Shown: in pieces, positions 39,471-52,084 of the stretch
How the letters are laid out: each line of letters begins with the position of its first letter
Numbering within the stretch: position 1 is the stretch's first letter
Assembly (NCBI GenBank): GCA_030704615.1
Contig: CM060733.1
Location: forward strand, 72,664,001-72,728,000
Reading direction: 5' to 3'
Origin: Takakia lepidozioides
Lineage: Eukaryota; Plantae; Bryophyta
DNA length: 64,000 nt
Made by a program: the position numbers and the translations under genes
The notes under the pieces: generated by a model
Told to the model about the DNA's origin: nothing
What the model saw: only the letters and a program-made list of their open reading frames with translations
Database searches by the model: none

Positions 39471-40119
39471 CGTCTCTTCAACATTCACATTTCATGAGGT
39501 TTGATTGAGCTTGCACTTTCAGCACTTCCGAATGTGTCTTCAATGTCTTCTTCATTCATTCTATTCCACTGCAGGTATCATTTGCTAGTTGGTCCCCAAA
39601 CTATTCCTGCTAGAAGAATGGTTGGTGAATCCATCACGGTGAAGTCCACCTCATCAAAAACTGTTCAGGCATTCTCAATTCTACCCAAATCAACCCGCGG
39701 AAATAGGTGACACCACTCGGAAATAGGTGACATCCGCGGAAATAGGCACTGTTTGCATGTTGACGTGGCGTGAGCCTGTGCTGGGCTCACGCTTTCCTGG
39801 GCTCACAGGCTCACGCCTCCGGGCTCACGGAATAGCACCCCCCATATGCAAGATCTTCGATAACATCGATAATGTGTTACCGAAAGTCTTGTGTATCACT
39901 TTGTAGGAATACGGACGCACTGGGGAAAGTCCTCTAATCATCTGGGTATCAGTATTGTGGTCAATAGGAGGACGGGAGGTCTCCCGTCAAGGCTAGGAAA
40001 GGAGATCTCCCATCAATGGAGGATGGGAGATCTCCCTATATCATCTGTTAATGTCCCTAGCACTATAATAATGGGGTTTACAAGAAGTAAAATTAAGAGT
40101 TGAGTTTGTACGTTCTTAC

Positions 40120-40720
40120 CAAAAGCAAGTATGTGACAATCCCGCCACAATACACATTGACAACGTAAGAGCCCTCCGGACAGAAGGTCTCAACGACCTG
40201 GTCGATGGCCGATGATCGGATCTCATTATTGTAGTAACGGCTTTGCAGAGGATTTTCAGATTCTTCCGCCTCTGTACGTAGCACTCTTGGGATGTATCGA
40301 TCATCGGCTGTGATGCTCCTCCGCACGACCTCGTCCACATTGTCCCACTCCGCCTCTGCCATCGGAAAAATGAAATGGAAATGAACGACTGGAGTTTCAA
40401 AATTCCTTGTCTTGAAAAAAATCTCCTTCTTCGATGGAATGTAGAAGCTAGTCTCTATAAGGAATTTCCCCTTTGAGGATTGAATGTACGCTATCAGCTC
40501 ACGAGAGCTATCAGTATCAGTGATGATGTTGGTCCTCATTTTTCTTGACCTCATGCCATTGAAGAGGTCGGCAAACTCATTCTCCGTCCAAGGCTCGATC
40601 TTGTCTGGATGCTCATTTAATGTGTTGATCATGATGTGATTTATAGAGTGGTAAAAGACAAGAGTGGTTGACATATCTCCTCTTGAGTCTTTCTCATCCC
40701 ATAGTGCCCAATTGTAGTTT
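40120..40720 (-). pseudogene. Exon of a degenerate amino-MTase-fold-like gene
   Basis: Open for about 200 codons, ending EIRSSAIDQVVETFCPEGSYVVNVYCGG followed by a GTAAG donor. Resembles the motif X/I end of beta-class MTases. Confidence 0.4.
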
Positions 40721-43388
40721 GTATCTCCATGATGATGGATTGCCTCTATTTCCTGGGTGGCACCAGTTGCCCATTGAAGAAAACCTACCCTTTCACAAAT
40801 GAATACTCTCTGGCCCTCTTCACTGCCCGCTTGCGTTCCTGCATAGTCAGGCAATCATTGGGCTCCCCAAAGGTCAGAACATGCATAGTTTCTATATCAT
40901 CAAGCACATCATGCCTTGACTCTTCCTTGTGTGCGGGTCACAGTGTATCAGTTGCTACCTCTCTTGCAGACTTACCCCAATTGTCAGTTGCATTGAGTCG
41001 AGCCTTCTTTTCTTGTGGAGAAGGTATCTCCCCCAACTCCCATTTTGCCAAAGCTGCAACACCCACCCTTTTTTTATCAGAGTGCCCTTTGCCGAGCCTG
41101 CAATATTGACACCATGTGCCTAGCTCCTTGTCACCTGGCACTCTTGACTGCCAGCTCAATTTGCTTGAGCTGCTAGCCTCCACTCTTGTCTAGCTTTCTT
41201 TTTCTTCACCCTTCTCCAAGGCATCACTGCAATGGCTGGTTGCTTATGAGGAATGAAACTCCTTCTCTGAAATACCAAACTGGGTGCCTGGTTGTTCCTC
41301 TTGTTCAATTGTCAATTCATGTTGTGATCTTTGCCTTGTCTGGACCACATTGATGGAGGGAAGATTATCCCTTGCATATTGCTGTTTGCTGTACCATGTC
41401 TGCATTGGTTCCTGAAAAACAGTTCTAAGAAAATATAGTCTATCCCAACCCTGGCTATGGTCAACAGAGACCCCACCGTACTTGCTTTCCTCAGAAACAG
41501 TTCTTGGTGCAGTAACGCTATCCCCTCAGTCTCAATTGTCAGTGTCCCTAAAGCCTTTGCCTTATCCCTTTTCCACTCTTTGTCCAGTCCCTCGCAGTTG
41601 CTACTTGATGAATCTCTCTCAGCACCAGTTGGAATGAAATCAAATGAGAATGCCTAGAGACTATCTATGCCTGAATGATACCCCGACCAAAGCCAAACAA
41701 TATGGATTTAATTATGTCTGTACCAGAAAATGTTCCCCACTGATAAAGTCCTTGAACTACCAGAAAGCCCATACACATACATAATACTCCTCCCTTTCAT
41801 AAGCCAAACTACCAGCATCTATACCAGGTGAGAACAGCTCTCTCTAAATTCTTGACAGACATATTTCCTTGCCATCCTGACACCAATTATAGAGAGCTGC
41901 TTGCCCTATCCATTGACTGATGAAAATTAGCATGACATATCATCCCTTGTCCCTTTTCTCCATCTCATGCAATTCAAATGGTGCAGTAACATTTACCTCC
42001 AACTCCTCATATTCAGCCTAGATTCAGTGGCCGCCCCAACAGGTTTTCTGCTTAACGCATTGACATTGGAGTGCTTTGATCGTGCCCGATGGATGCTCTT
42101 AAACTCAAAGTCCTGCAACATCATTATCCACCTCCCCCTCCTACCATAGGCATCACACCATTGTGAGTCATTCTAATGGCTTGTGATCCGTCCTGATAAT
42201 AGAAGGGGTTCCATAGAGGTACTGCTGAAAATGATGCTCCCCAAACCAAGGCATAATACTCACCTTCCATGGGGTGGTACTTCTGTTGAGACTCGGAAAG
42301 AACCTTGTTGGCATAGGCAATCACATGTTCCCTCTTTTGTAACAGGATGGTCCCCACACCCCTTTTTGACCAATCCACATCCTAAATAAAGAGCTTGGAA
42401 AAGTCAGGTCTGGCAAAAACAGGAGCAGTCATCAACTTCAAACGTAGGGTTTCAAAGGGATTATGTGCAACAACATTCCACTTAAATACCACATCCTTCT
42501 TAGTGAGTTCAAGCAGCAGCACACATATCATAGCAAAACCCTGAACATATATGCGGTAATACCCACTCATGCCCTCAAATACCCTAACACTAGTAGGGTT
42601 TTTTGGAATAGGGTACTACTCTATAGCAACTATTTTGTTGGGATCAGGTCTCACCCCTAGGGCAGATACACATGTCCAGGGAAGACCAACTCCTTGCTGC
42701 CAAAAGCACACTTATGGTTGAGCTTAAGGTTTGCTTTCCTCAAATTTTCAAGATCCAATTCAGGTGCACCAAATGTAGATCCCAATCCATGCTATATACA
42801 TTCACATCATCAACGAAAACCTTGGCACACTCCCTAGCAATAATTGTAATCATTGCCCGCTGAAAAGTAGCCGTGGCATTCTTCAGCATGAAAGACATCA
42901 CTAGCCACTCATATAATCCTCTATTGGTGATTACAACCGTCTTCTTGACATCAACTGGATCCATCTTTATCTGCCAAAACCCGCTTTGCAAGTCAAGGAC
43001 TGAAAACCACTCTGCCTTGCCCAGCTGATTCAGCACATCTTGAATTAATGGCATGGGATATGAATCCCTCCTAGTGAGTAGGTTTAGAGGCCTGTAATCT
43101 CCACAAAAGGGCTTAGAGCCATCCCTCTTAGGTAGCAAAGTGACTGGACAGCTCGAATTCTGACTTACTCTCACGCATTTTCCTATGGCAATCGATGACT
43201 CAATCTGCCTCTGCACCTCACCCTCTTCCCATTCTGACAGACGGCTAGGTTAGCTTTTACAAGACGAAATCCTATCAATGACATGCTCAACAACGGAACA
43301 AAAACCTAGATCTGTCTTACTAGGAGCAAAACAGTCTTGATTTTGTCTGAGCAGAACTTCCAGATCCTTCTTATGTGCTTTAGACAGT

Positions 43389-46300
43389 TGTAGATGCATA
43401 TATTGGTATTTTTTTATTTTTTTTTCAGATCGTTACTGATCATAAGATAAGCGGTTTCGGCATTGTACTGCCAAAACAACTTAGTTTGTTAGTTATCTGG
43501 AAATCATTGGTGAAGCACGTAGGAAATTAGACAGTGTCTGCGACGACCATGGAGAGGAGCTCTGGCGTCAAGATGACCGTAGGAAGCTGCATCGACAGCA
43601 GGTTAGGCTGCCAATTCGGTACTAGAAATGACAAGGTAATCATGTCCAAACATTACAAGACAACTGTTCCAGTCCCAGATTGCGATCTCTCTTTTCTCCC
43701 GCCTTTCAAGTCCAGTAGGAACACACGGCGAGGAGCTTGGCAATTGGCGGAAGCGATGAAATATCGCAACAAAGCAAACGGCTGCATTGGAACGAGAGCA
43801 GGTCAGCATGACTTCAAACGGAGAAGCGTGGACTTGTTAGCGGTGCGGGACAACTAGAGGGGACTCCGGACAACCTATGACTCAGTGGCAGGGTCAAAGA
43901 CCCCAGAGCCACCACCAGGGATTTGATTTCCAAAATACAACAAAATCTTTACGTAGCAAAATTACGACGAATGGCGAAAGGTGCAACTTTGTACAACCGA
44001 TGGACCTGAGAATTTATAGGCTGATACAAGGTATGTAATTGTAGTTTGTCACCAAGTTTGGTAATTTATGGAGCAGAATAGCAATGGCACCAAATTATTG
44101 AGTCAACGGCACTCATGGGAGCCGATTATTTGAATTTTTACTTCTTGGATGGATGAAAAATCCTAAAATTCGCCTTGAGGTGTTGGATGGATGAAATGAC
44201 AACTCGTGCCAACTAGTCATCCAATTGGATGGATGAAAAGCCAGCTTTCATTGGCCTCTAAGACTTTTCATCCATGTTGAATATTATATTATAGATCCTC
44301 CAATGAAACAATAGTTTAATGAATATTTTCATTAGTTTATTAGGCTCAAAACAGTATAAAAGAGAGGCAAGGCCCCCCTTGTTTCTCACTTGTGCTTTCC
44401 TCTTGCTTTGTTTGTTGCTTTGTTTATTTCATGGGAGCTAGAGTTGGAATCTAGCCCCATTTTTGCTCGAGGAGCTTAAGTCCTAGCAAGTAGGAGCTCG
44501 GGCTTGCTAGTAGGGAGAGCCTTATTTTGTGGGAGCTAGAGTTGGAATCTAGCCCCACCCATTCTCGGCCATTGAGCCATTTGCTTTGCTATGAACAAGC
44601 AGCTCGGATTTTCAAGAGAAGGTCATGTGGAAGGTCTAAAATTTAGATCTGATTGTTGTCTTGTTGATTTGTATTTGTGTGAGCCAAGAGGGCCTTGGTC
44701 ACAACTAGGGGAGTGCGTGTGGCCCCCTGACTCATGTCCTAGAAAAGAGGAAGAGAGTTCAATTGTTTAAGCTCGAAAGGTTCGAATCTATAATATTTTG
44801 TTTTGTTTTGTTCTAACTAGCAAGAGGCTAGCTAGGCCACTGTCCATAAGGGACAACAGATTAAGGATAGGCCAGGGGCTGAAGGATACCGCTAACACCT
44901 CCCCAAAGAGGAAGGCACTAAGCCTTGGGCTAGGGGATTGGTTTTCTTTTTGTTTGTTTTGTTTATTTTGTTGTTTATCAGACCTGGCCCCCTCCACCAT
45001 AGCCCCGGGTAGGGCGTGGGGGGTAGTGGTTTAGCCAGGGAAGTCAATTGCCTATAGCCGGGGGTAAGCCATCTCAAGGCACCCCGGTGGCACGCTCTCC
45101 GCGCGGAGCTCGAGACAGGAGTTGACTCTAAGAGTGCATAGCAGGGAAACCGGGGCCCAGCCCAAACAGCCCCACGTGCTATATTTTTTTATTTTGTGGA
45201 TATAAGCCAGTCTTGTATTTTAAGGGGGGTCTCTCACCCTACACTATTTGATTTAATCTATACCTCCTTAAGGGGTTATTGTGTGCATGCTCCTTTGTTA
45301 GTGGTAGAAAAATTCAGTGCTTAGAATGAGAGAAAGCCTGGGTGGAGGCGGTTCAGCCTAGCCAGAGAGGAGTAGGCACGACCCACCAGGTTCAGCAGGA
45401 GAGGTAGAGGCAGCTAGAGACGGGGGTGGATCAAAAGTACATGTTTGTCTGATGTCACTCCATGGTGTAATACGTGCTGATGGTAGTACTGAGTAAGATG
45501 TACCAGACGGCCGAAAATTCAGCCAACCGACCTTCGATTGATTCGCAGACTATAGTGGCACAACGTGTCAGTCCCCCGCGGAGAGGATGACCGTTTCCAG
45601 AGAGGGGAACGCGCTGGAAGCCCTTAAATTAATATAGTTAAGACGGAATAGTCCCTGGTCCCACCATAGGTTGCCTTTGCGCCTCAAGAGGGCACGTTTT
45701 AAGAACTAACGAATGAACAAGGGGCTTCATTAGACAGATTCTGTACATCCGCGGCGGCGCAGCAGTTCCCCGTGACGGGGGGAACCTGTTTCCTGACGGC
45801 CCTGATATTCCCCGACGTTCCCTGAGGTTCCTGAGGGGTTCCCGCGATCTGATAGGGGCGATTTTAGCATCGTTGGGATTCCCCCACGACATTCTTCCTT
45901 GGGAGGTATATATATATATATATATATATATATTTTCGGATTTTTGAATTTATAAATATTTTCCTAATTTTCTTGAGAAAGAAATTCCCATATAAGAATT
46001 AAGACTTTTGATTGAACTTTTTGAGCTTATAAGAACTTGAGTGACTAAAGGGTGAATTGATTGACCCTTTTAACTTATTAAAGCTTGCATTTCTTATTAA
46101 CTTTCCTCAAGCTAAAGATAGGAATTGGAAAGGGACAAACTTAGCCCTTCTTGGGGAGAGCTGGGCTCAAGCCTCGGAGAAGGAGGGGCATTGGGAGAAG
46201 GAAGTGGAGTCCTCTCCTCCCTGGGTTCGGGAGGTGCTTTGTGAAGGGGTAAGATAGACCCCGGCTATAAGCGGCTTGGGAACCCAGGCAGTAGGTGTTA

Positions 46301-46586
46301 GTAATAAACAAGACTTGGAAGGGAGTTACGTTTAAAAGAAAAATCTAAAACCATAAACAAACCGTAGGACTACAACATGCAAATTGCCCTGTAGAGAAAA
46401 GCACATGAGCTTCTCTTTGCCGGTAGGATATTAGAATTGATAGTTTAGACCCTCGTGCCTGATGCGAACCCTGCACTAACCGTAGCCGGGTAGGCGGTTC
46501 ATTGAGCCCAACCTACACCGCGACTTACCACGACCCCACTAGGCTAGTATGTCGTCGCCCTGACCGCGTGCGCTCAGGGCTCGTCA
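43389..46586 (-). mobile_element. 3.2-kb solo LTR (family H)
   Basis: TG..CA ends, 5-bp TSD ACAGT (43384-43388 and 46587-46591), inverted homologue of 47570-51272. Confidence 0.88.
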
Positions 46587-46861
46587 ACAGTTCCTGACTC
46601 ATAGTTATCTTGGCACGCAAACTGTGCCAACAGATCTTTTCTTCATCACCTCCCTTGGGTGTGAGTTGATTCACCCGGTTGACACAGACACTTATCTTTT
46701 CCTTCTCTTCATGCGTAGTGACCAGGTTCCAATCATGGAAATCATCTTCTATCTCTGAGCCTATGTTTACCAGCTCACCCTCCTTGGCCTTGGCATAGGT
46801 CCTTGGATCACAGATGATGCCAACTTTGTGGGTATTTCTTTCTCAAGCAGGTCAGACCTTG

Positions 46862-47294
46862 GGGTGAGTGCAGGCTAAGGTGGCTTAATTTGGACGTCAC
46901 ACTGCAGTTTTTCAGTGAGTTCCCTTCGTATTATCTGTAACATTGTGCAAATAAATTTATCTTCATCCCAAATGAAATTGAATGTTGCTAGCCATCTACC
47001 ATACATGTTGCTATGACTATTTTACAAGTTAGATGATTTTTCATGGAGCTATGGACTTTTTAGGACTTGCACTCTGGGCCGTCACATTCCTAGTTTGTCC
47101 ACAATTGGACGAATAATATTTTTAATAAAAAAAATCTCAAATATTTAGGATGGATCCCTTTATTAAAATGTTAGGCATATCTTATCTATCAATGTAAAAA
47201 TATATTTAAAAAAAAAGCATAATTAATTTTTTGTCCATGGACTTTCGTGGAGGTCACATCTGTCGTTTTGAACCACCTGATCCTGCACTCACCC
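46862..47294. mobile_element. MITE with 13-bp TIR and 4-bp TSD
   Basis: GGGTGAGTGCAGG / CCTGCACTCACCC flanked by CTTG on both sides. Confidence 0.82.
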
Positions 47295-47569
47295 CTTGAT
47301 CCTCTAGTACCGCTTCTTCCTCCTCCATCAATTGGAGGACAGCCTCACTCACCTGTTTTCCACACTCCTAAAGTGCTGCTTCATCTTCATCCATCTCCTC
47401 AGAGGCACTGTGTTAGTCATCATCATCAGAAGCATAACATTTTTTTTTTCTTGAAATTATCACCATTGTTCCTTCCCTCCTCAATGTTCAGCAAGCAAGC
47501 GGCTGCTGTTAGGTTCATGATGTTTCCATAACTGCAACCTTCCTGTAATTGTACATCACTGGCACTCTT

Positions 47570-50500
47570 TGACGAGCCCTGAGCGCGCGCGGTCAAGGTG
47601 ACGGCATATTAGCTAGGGGGGTCGTGGTAAGTTGCGGTGTAGGTTGGGCTCACTGAACCGCCTACCCGACTGCGGTTAGTGCAGGGGGTCCGTGGTCGTA
47701 CATGATGGCTATGATCACTATTTAAGTCCTACCGACAAAGAGAAGTTATGTACTCCTCTTCACAGGGCGAGTTTGCGTTTCTAAGTCCTACGGTATTCTA
47801 CAATCTACTCAGTGACTGCCTTCCAAGTATTTTGTTTTATTGTCTAATTCCTATCGCCTAGGCCCTCGAGCCGCCTCGAGCCGCCTATAGCCGGGATATG
47901 TTTTAATCCCTTCACAAGGCACCTGCCGAGCCTAGGAAGAAGAGGGAAAATCTTCCTCTCCCAATGCCCCTCCTTCACCGAGTGCCTGAGTTCAAGTCAC
48001 TTCTTCTGATGGAAGGGCCAACTCTTCCTACCCCAGTGCCTAGAATACTTTGTTTTAGCAAAGGAGTGGCCAAAATACCTATCATAATCCAATAGGTTCA
48101 CCAAGTTCAATAAGGTGACTCAGCCACTTAAATCAATAAGTTCAATCAGTTTAATAAACGCCCCTCATGCTATAACTTGCACCACGTGCATCTATCCTAT
48201 TTAAGCAATTTTGCACATCAGAAATGCTGGAAAATACAAAAAAATTAAGAAAATCTGGAAAAATACCTCCCCTATGGGAAATCATGTGGGGAATCCAAAG
48301 ATGCCCTTGGCGCATAGAAATGCCCTCGGGAACCCCGTGGGAACCAGTGAGAACCGAGGAACGTCTGGAAACCTTTCCCTGCCGCGGGGAATTGCGCCGC
48401 GGCCATATCGGATGAATGAATCTCGTTGAGAATTCATCCCTGCCACTACATTCGTTAGTCCAAAACATGCAGGCGTAAATAATAAAATAAACACTTGTGG
48501 GTCCAAGCCAGATTTCACCCCTTTACATTATTTTAAGACGCTGGTGTGCTTTCCCTCCGTGGAAAAAGTCATCATCTACCTTGGGCTCTGACACAATGGC
48601 TCACTGTAGCCGAGTTTTAGGACAGAGTACTTTATCTCATCCCTTGTCTCCGCCTCTAGCTCACAGCTCACAGATCCGCTCGGCTCTCTCTTGGAGTCAT
48701 AAGAACGCTCCCCTCCAAGGCTACGTCCTCCCAAAATCCTAGATTTTATCTACCTCCGGCGCCTTAGATAATGGCTCCTAACCTTTAGAGGGGTCTAAAT
48801 TGAATCTAATAGCTAAAGGTAAGAATACCCCCCTTTAAGGGAATTTGCAGACGCATTGCCCGCAGGATAAAACGCCCCCGCCACGTGGCGGGGCGCAGAT
48901 CCGCGCGTAGTTGTCCAAACCGTGGACTGTTGCGGTTAAAGCCGGCGTCCGCCGGTCCGTCTCAACTCTTGGTTATCCCGCGGGTAAAGACCCGCACCCT
49001 GCTCGCACGCTTCAGGGACTCACGCCTGAGCCACGCGGCTGATGTACTTGATCTCAGTATGACTTAAGGTCAGCGCTGGGGCCCCGCTCCCCGTACGTCG
49101 TGGCTGGGCCACGGCTACCTCCACGTTTTAAGTAATCAAGTGCCTATTCTCTAGGCGCAACACCCGGGCTGCTCGCGACTTTGGGGCAACTGTTGTTAAG
49201 CAAATTTAGCCCGCCCAAACCCCAAGACAATAAAATAACAACCCACCTTCCCCTAGGCCTCCATGGCTTGCTTGTGGGGGGGGGGATTAGCCATAGTGGC
49301 CTTATAGTGGCCTTATATTATAGATCTAGCCTGCTGGCCTTCCTTTTCCAAAGCTGGCTATATTCCAAATTAGTAACAAAAAACACAAAGATTCATTCTT
49401 CAAACAAATCAAATACAAGCCTCTATTGGTATTCTTTCCAATAGGCTATGGGGTTCTTCCCCTTGTCAATTATAGACATGAAATAGTGGGACTCCACAAT
49501 GCATACTCCTCTTTTGAGGGACTAAATCAGATTTTCAACTTCAAGTTTTGTTTGGAAAATAAATGAATCACATACATAAATGGTGAAATGGTAAGATGGG
49601 ATCAACATTTCAATGCGAGAGTGCTTGGGATGCTCTATCGACTGAAGTAATGGTACTCTATGCGGTCTTCACTTGGGCTCTCGTCCATAAGTCCATACCA
49701 ACCTCTCATACTCGTCCTCAAGTCACTTTCCTCCACATGAAATTGCCCTCTTCCTTCACAAATGGAAATGGTTCAAAGGCCCACAAAATGACAATGGCCG
49801 AAAGGCCCACAAGCTAGGCCTCTTGCCTTAGCTCACAAGAATTCTACCTAACTAGGGAACTTCAAGCTCCACTCCCTAGGATCTAGCCCCTTCTCAAGCC
49901 ACAACTAGCAAGCACTACAACAAGAGGAAACTAAGCAAATGAGCTAGATGAGAAGCAAGATGAAGAACTAGATGAAGAGCAAGAGAAGCCTTGCTCCTCT
50001 TTTATACTATTTTTGAGCCTAATAAACTAATGAAAAATATTCATTAAACTATTGTTTCCTTGGAGGATCTATAATATAATATTAAACATGGATGAAAAGT
50101 CTTAGAGGCAAATGAAAGCTGGCTTTTCATCCATCCAATTGGATGACCAGTTGGCACGAGTTATCATTTCATCCATCCAGCTCCTCCAGGCGAATTTCAG
50201 GATTTTTCATCCATCCAAGAAGTAGAAATTCAAATAATCGGCTCCCGTGAGTGCCGTCGACTCAATAATTTGGCACTGTTGCTAATTAGCTTCATAAATC
50301 TCCAAATTTGGTGAAAAACTACAATTATGGGTGCACTTACACCATAGAAAGTAGGATTTTTCAACATATAACACTCATTCACTTTTTTCTATTGTAATAT
50401 TCTACATAGTATAAAAACAAAACAATAAAAGAGATATAACATACATGGATGTAACATCTAAATAGGTCAACTGTGGGTGGGGCCGAACATAAAAACACGT

Positions 50501-51272
50501 GTGGGCACATACTTTGATTTTGGAGAGTGAATTTATTGCTGCCCCTCATTGATCAAGTGACAATTTCACTAGAAATCAACGTCAATGCAGATGCAGGGAA
50601 ATTTTACCTCCACTGACAGCCACAAAATGTGAAAATCCACCACATTTGGAGCCATCCAATTCCACTATCCTTGTAGATAGAGAAAATATGTTTGGGCGAC
50701 ACAAAGATTTTGTGATATTTTTGGAAATCAAATCCCTGGTGATGGCTCTGGGGTCTTTGACCCTGCTACTGACTCATAGGTTGTCCGGAGTCCCCTCTAG
50801 TTGTCCCGCACCATTAACAAGTCCACGCTTTGCCATTTGAAGTCGTCCTGACCTGCTGTCATTCCGATGCAGCCATTTGCTTTGTTGCAATATTTCGTCG
50901 CTGTACATGTCGCTTCCACCAATTGCAAAGCTCCTCGTCGTGTGTTCCTACTGGACTTGAAAGGCAGGAGAAAAGAGAGATCGCAATCTGGGACTGGAAC
51001 AGTCGTCCTGTATTGTTTGAACATGATTACCTTGCCGTTTCTGGTACCAAATTGGCAGCCTAATCTGCTGTCAATGCAGCTTCCTACAAGCATCTTGACG
51101 CCAGAGTCCCTCTCCATGGTCGTCGCAGACACTGTCTAATTTCCTACGTGCTTTACCAACGATTTCCAGACAACTAACAAACTAACCTGTTTTGGCAGTA
51201 CAATGCCAAAACCGCTTGTCTTATGATAAAAAACGATCTGAAAAGAAAAGTGTACCAATATATGCATCTACA
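47570..51272 (+). repeat. 3.7-kb 5' LTR of a family H element
   Basis: TGACGAGCCCTG...GCATCTACA, followed by a PBS. Confidence 0.85.
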
Positions 51273-51276
51273 TATA

Positions 51277-51292
51277 TGGCGACCAATGGGGA
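51277..51292 (+). promoter_or_regulatory. Primer-binding site (tRNA-Arg-like)
   Basis: TGGCGACCAATGGGGA, close to the family C PBS. Confidence 0.7.
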
Positions 51293-52084
51293 ACACTCGT
51301 CCCGAGTGTAAGAGAATCCAGGATCTCTGGTTCGTAAAATCCCCCTATTAGGGTATCATTGATATCCCTTGGAGTCAACGACTCCCTTGAGTAACATGAA
51401 AAAAATGAAGAATAACTCCCTTTAAGCTCTTCCTCCTCGGAAAGATTTTGAGTCTTCCGGAAGAGAGGAGGAAATAAAAGCAAAAGCCAAAAAATGTTTC
51501 AAAACCACCCAACTCGCCCTCTTCGGAGAGAGTTGGAGTTCCCAGTTAAAAAAATACTTCAAAACCGCCATTCTCCCCCACCGGACTGGGTTCGAATCCC
51601 CTAGATGATGTAAGAGAGATATGCGCGGTGCAAATTGATGATTCTACTCTAAAATAGCCTTGGAAGGACTTTGGTTCTACCCTATTTGACATGGCTTGTA
51701 GGGACCTCTCTTGGTTTTGCATAGCTCATGGTAAATCGCTCAATGCGAACTACGACCTCGACTCGAATCCGGAAGGGTCTAAAAGCTCCTAAACATGATG
51801 CTTCTGGGAGTCCTAATTCTTGGCTCCTGTAACAACAGAAAAGACTGGATACCCGAGGACCCTACCCATGAAATAGACGCACCATTTCTAACTACAATCT
51901 AACTATGTTCATGACTCGCAGGGACCTCTCATGGATTTCGCAGAACTCATGATGAGATTTTTGACCTAAGAAACGATTGGATCCATTCTGAACCTCAGAG
52001 GACCATACTCTGGAACACGTATCATTCTATCTGAAGAGATCATAGACCCTTCTGGGTTTTCCTGTGCCGGACGCCCTTCACTCA

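Larger units (their letters stand above)
40725..47560 (-). mobile_element. Old gypsy element E (RT, RNaseH, long tether, start of integrase), interrupted by a solo LTR and a MITE
   Basis: FCGDYRPLN, LDLQSGFWQ, FVDDVN, EGEYYALVWG, ALSRKP. The reading frame KITMSQE|LSKAHKK is continuous across the solo LTR. Confidence 0.82.

Noticed and set aside
40725-40854. N-terminus of the 253-aa ORF 40093-40854
   Set aside because: An alternative frame of element E's pre-integrase region, fused by chance.
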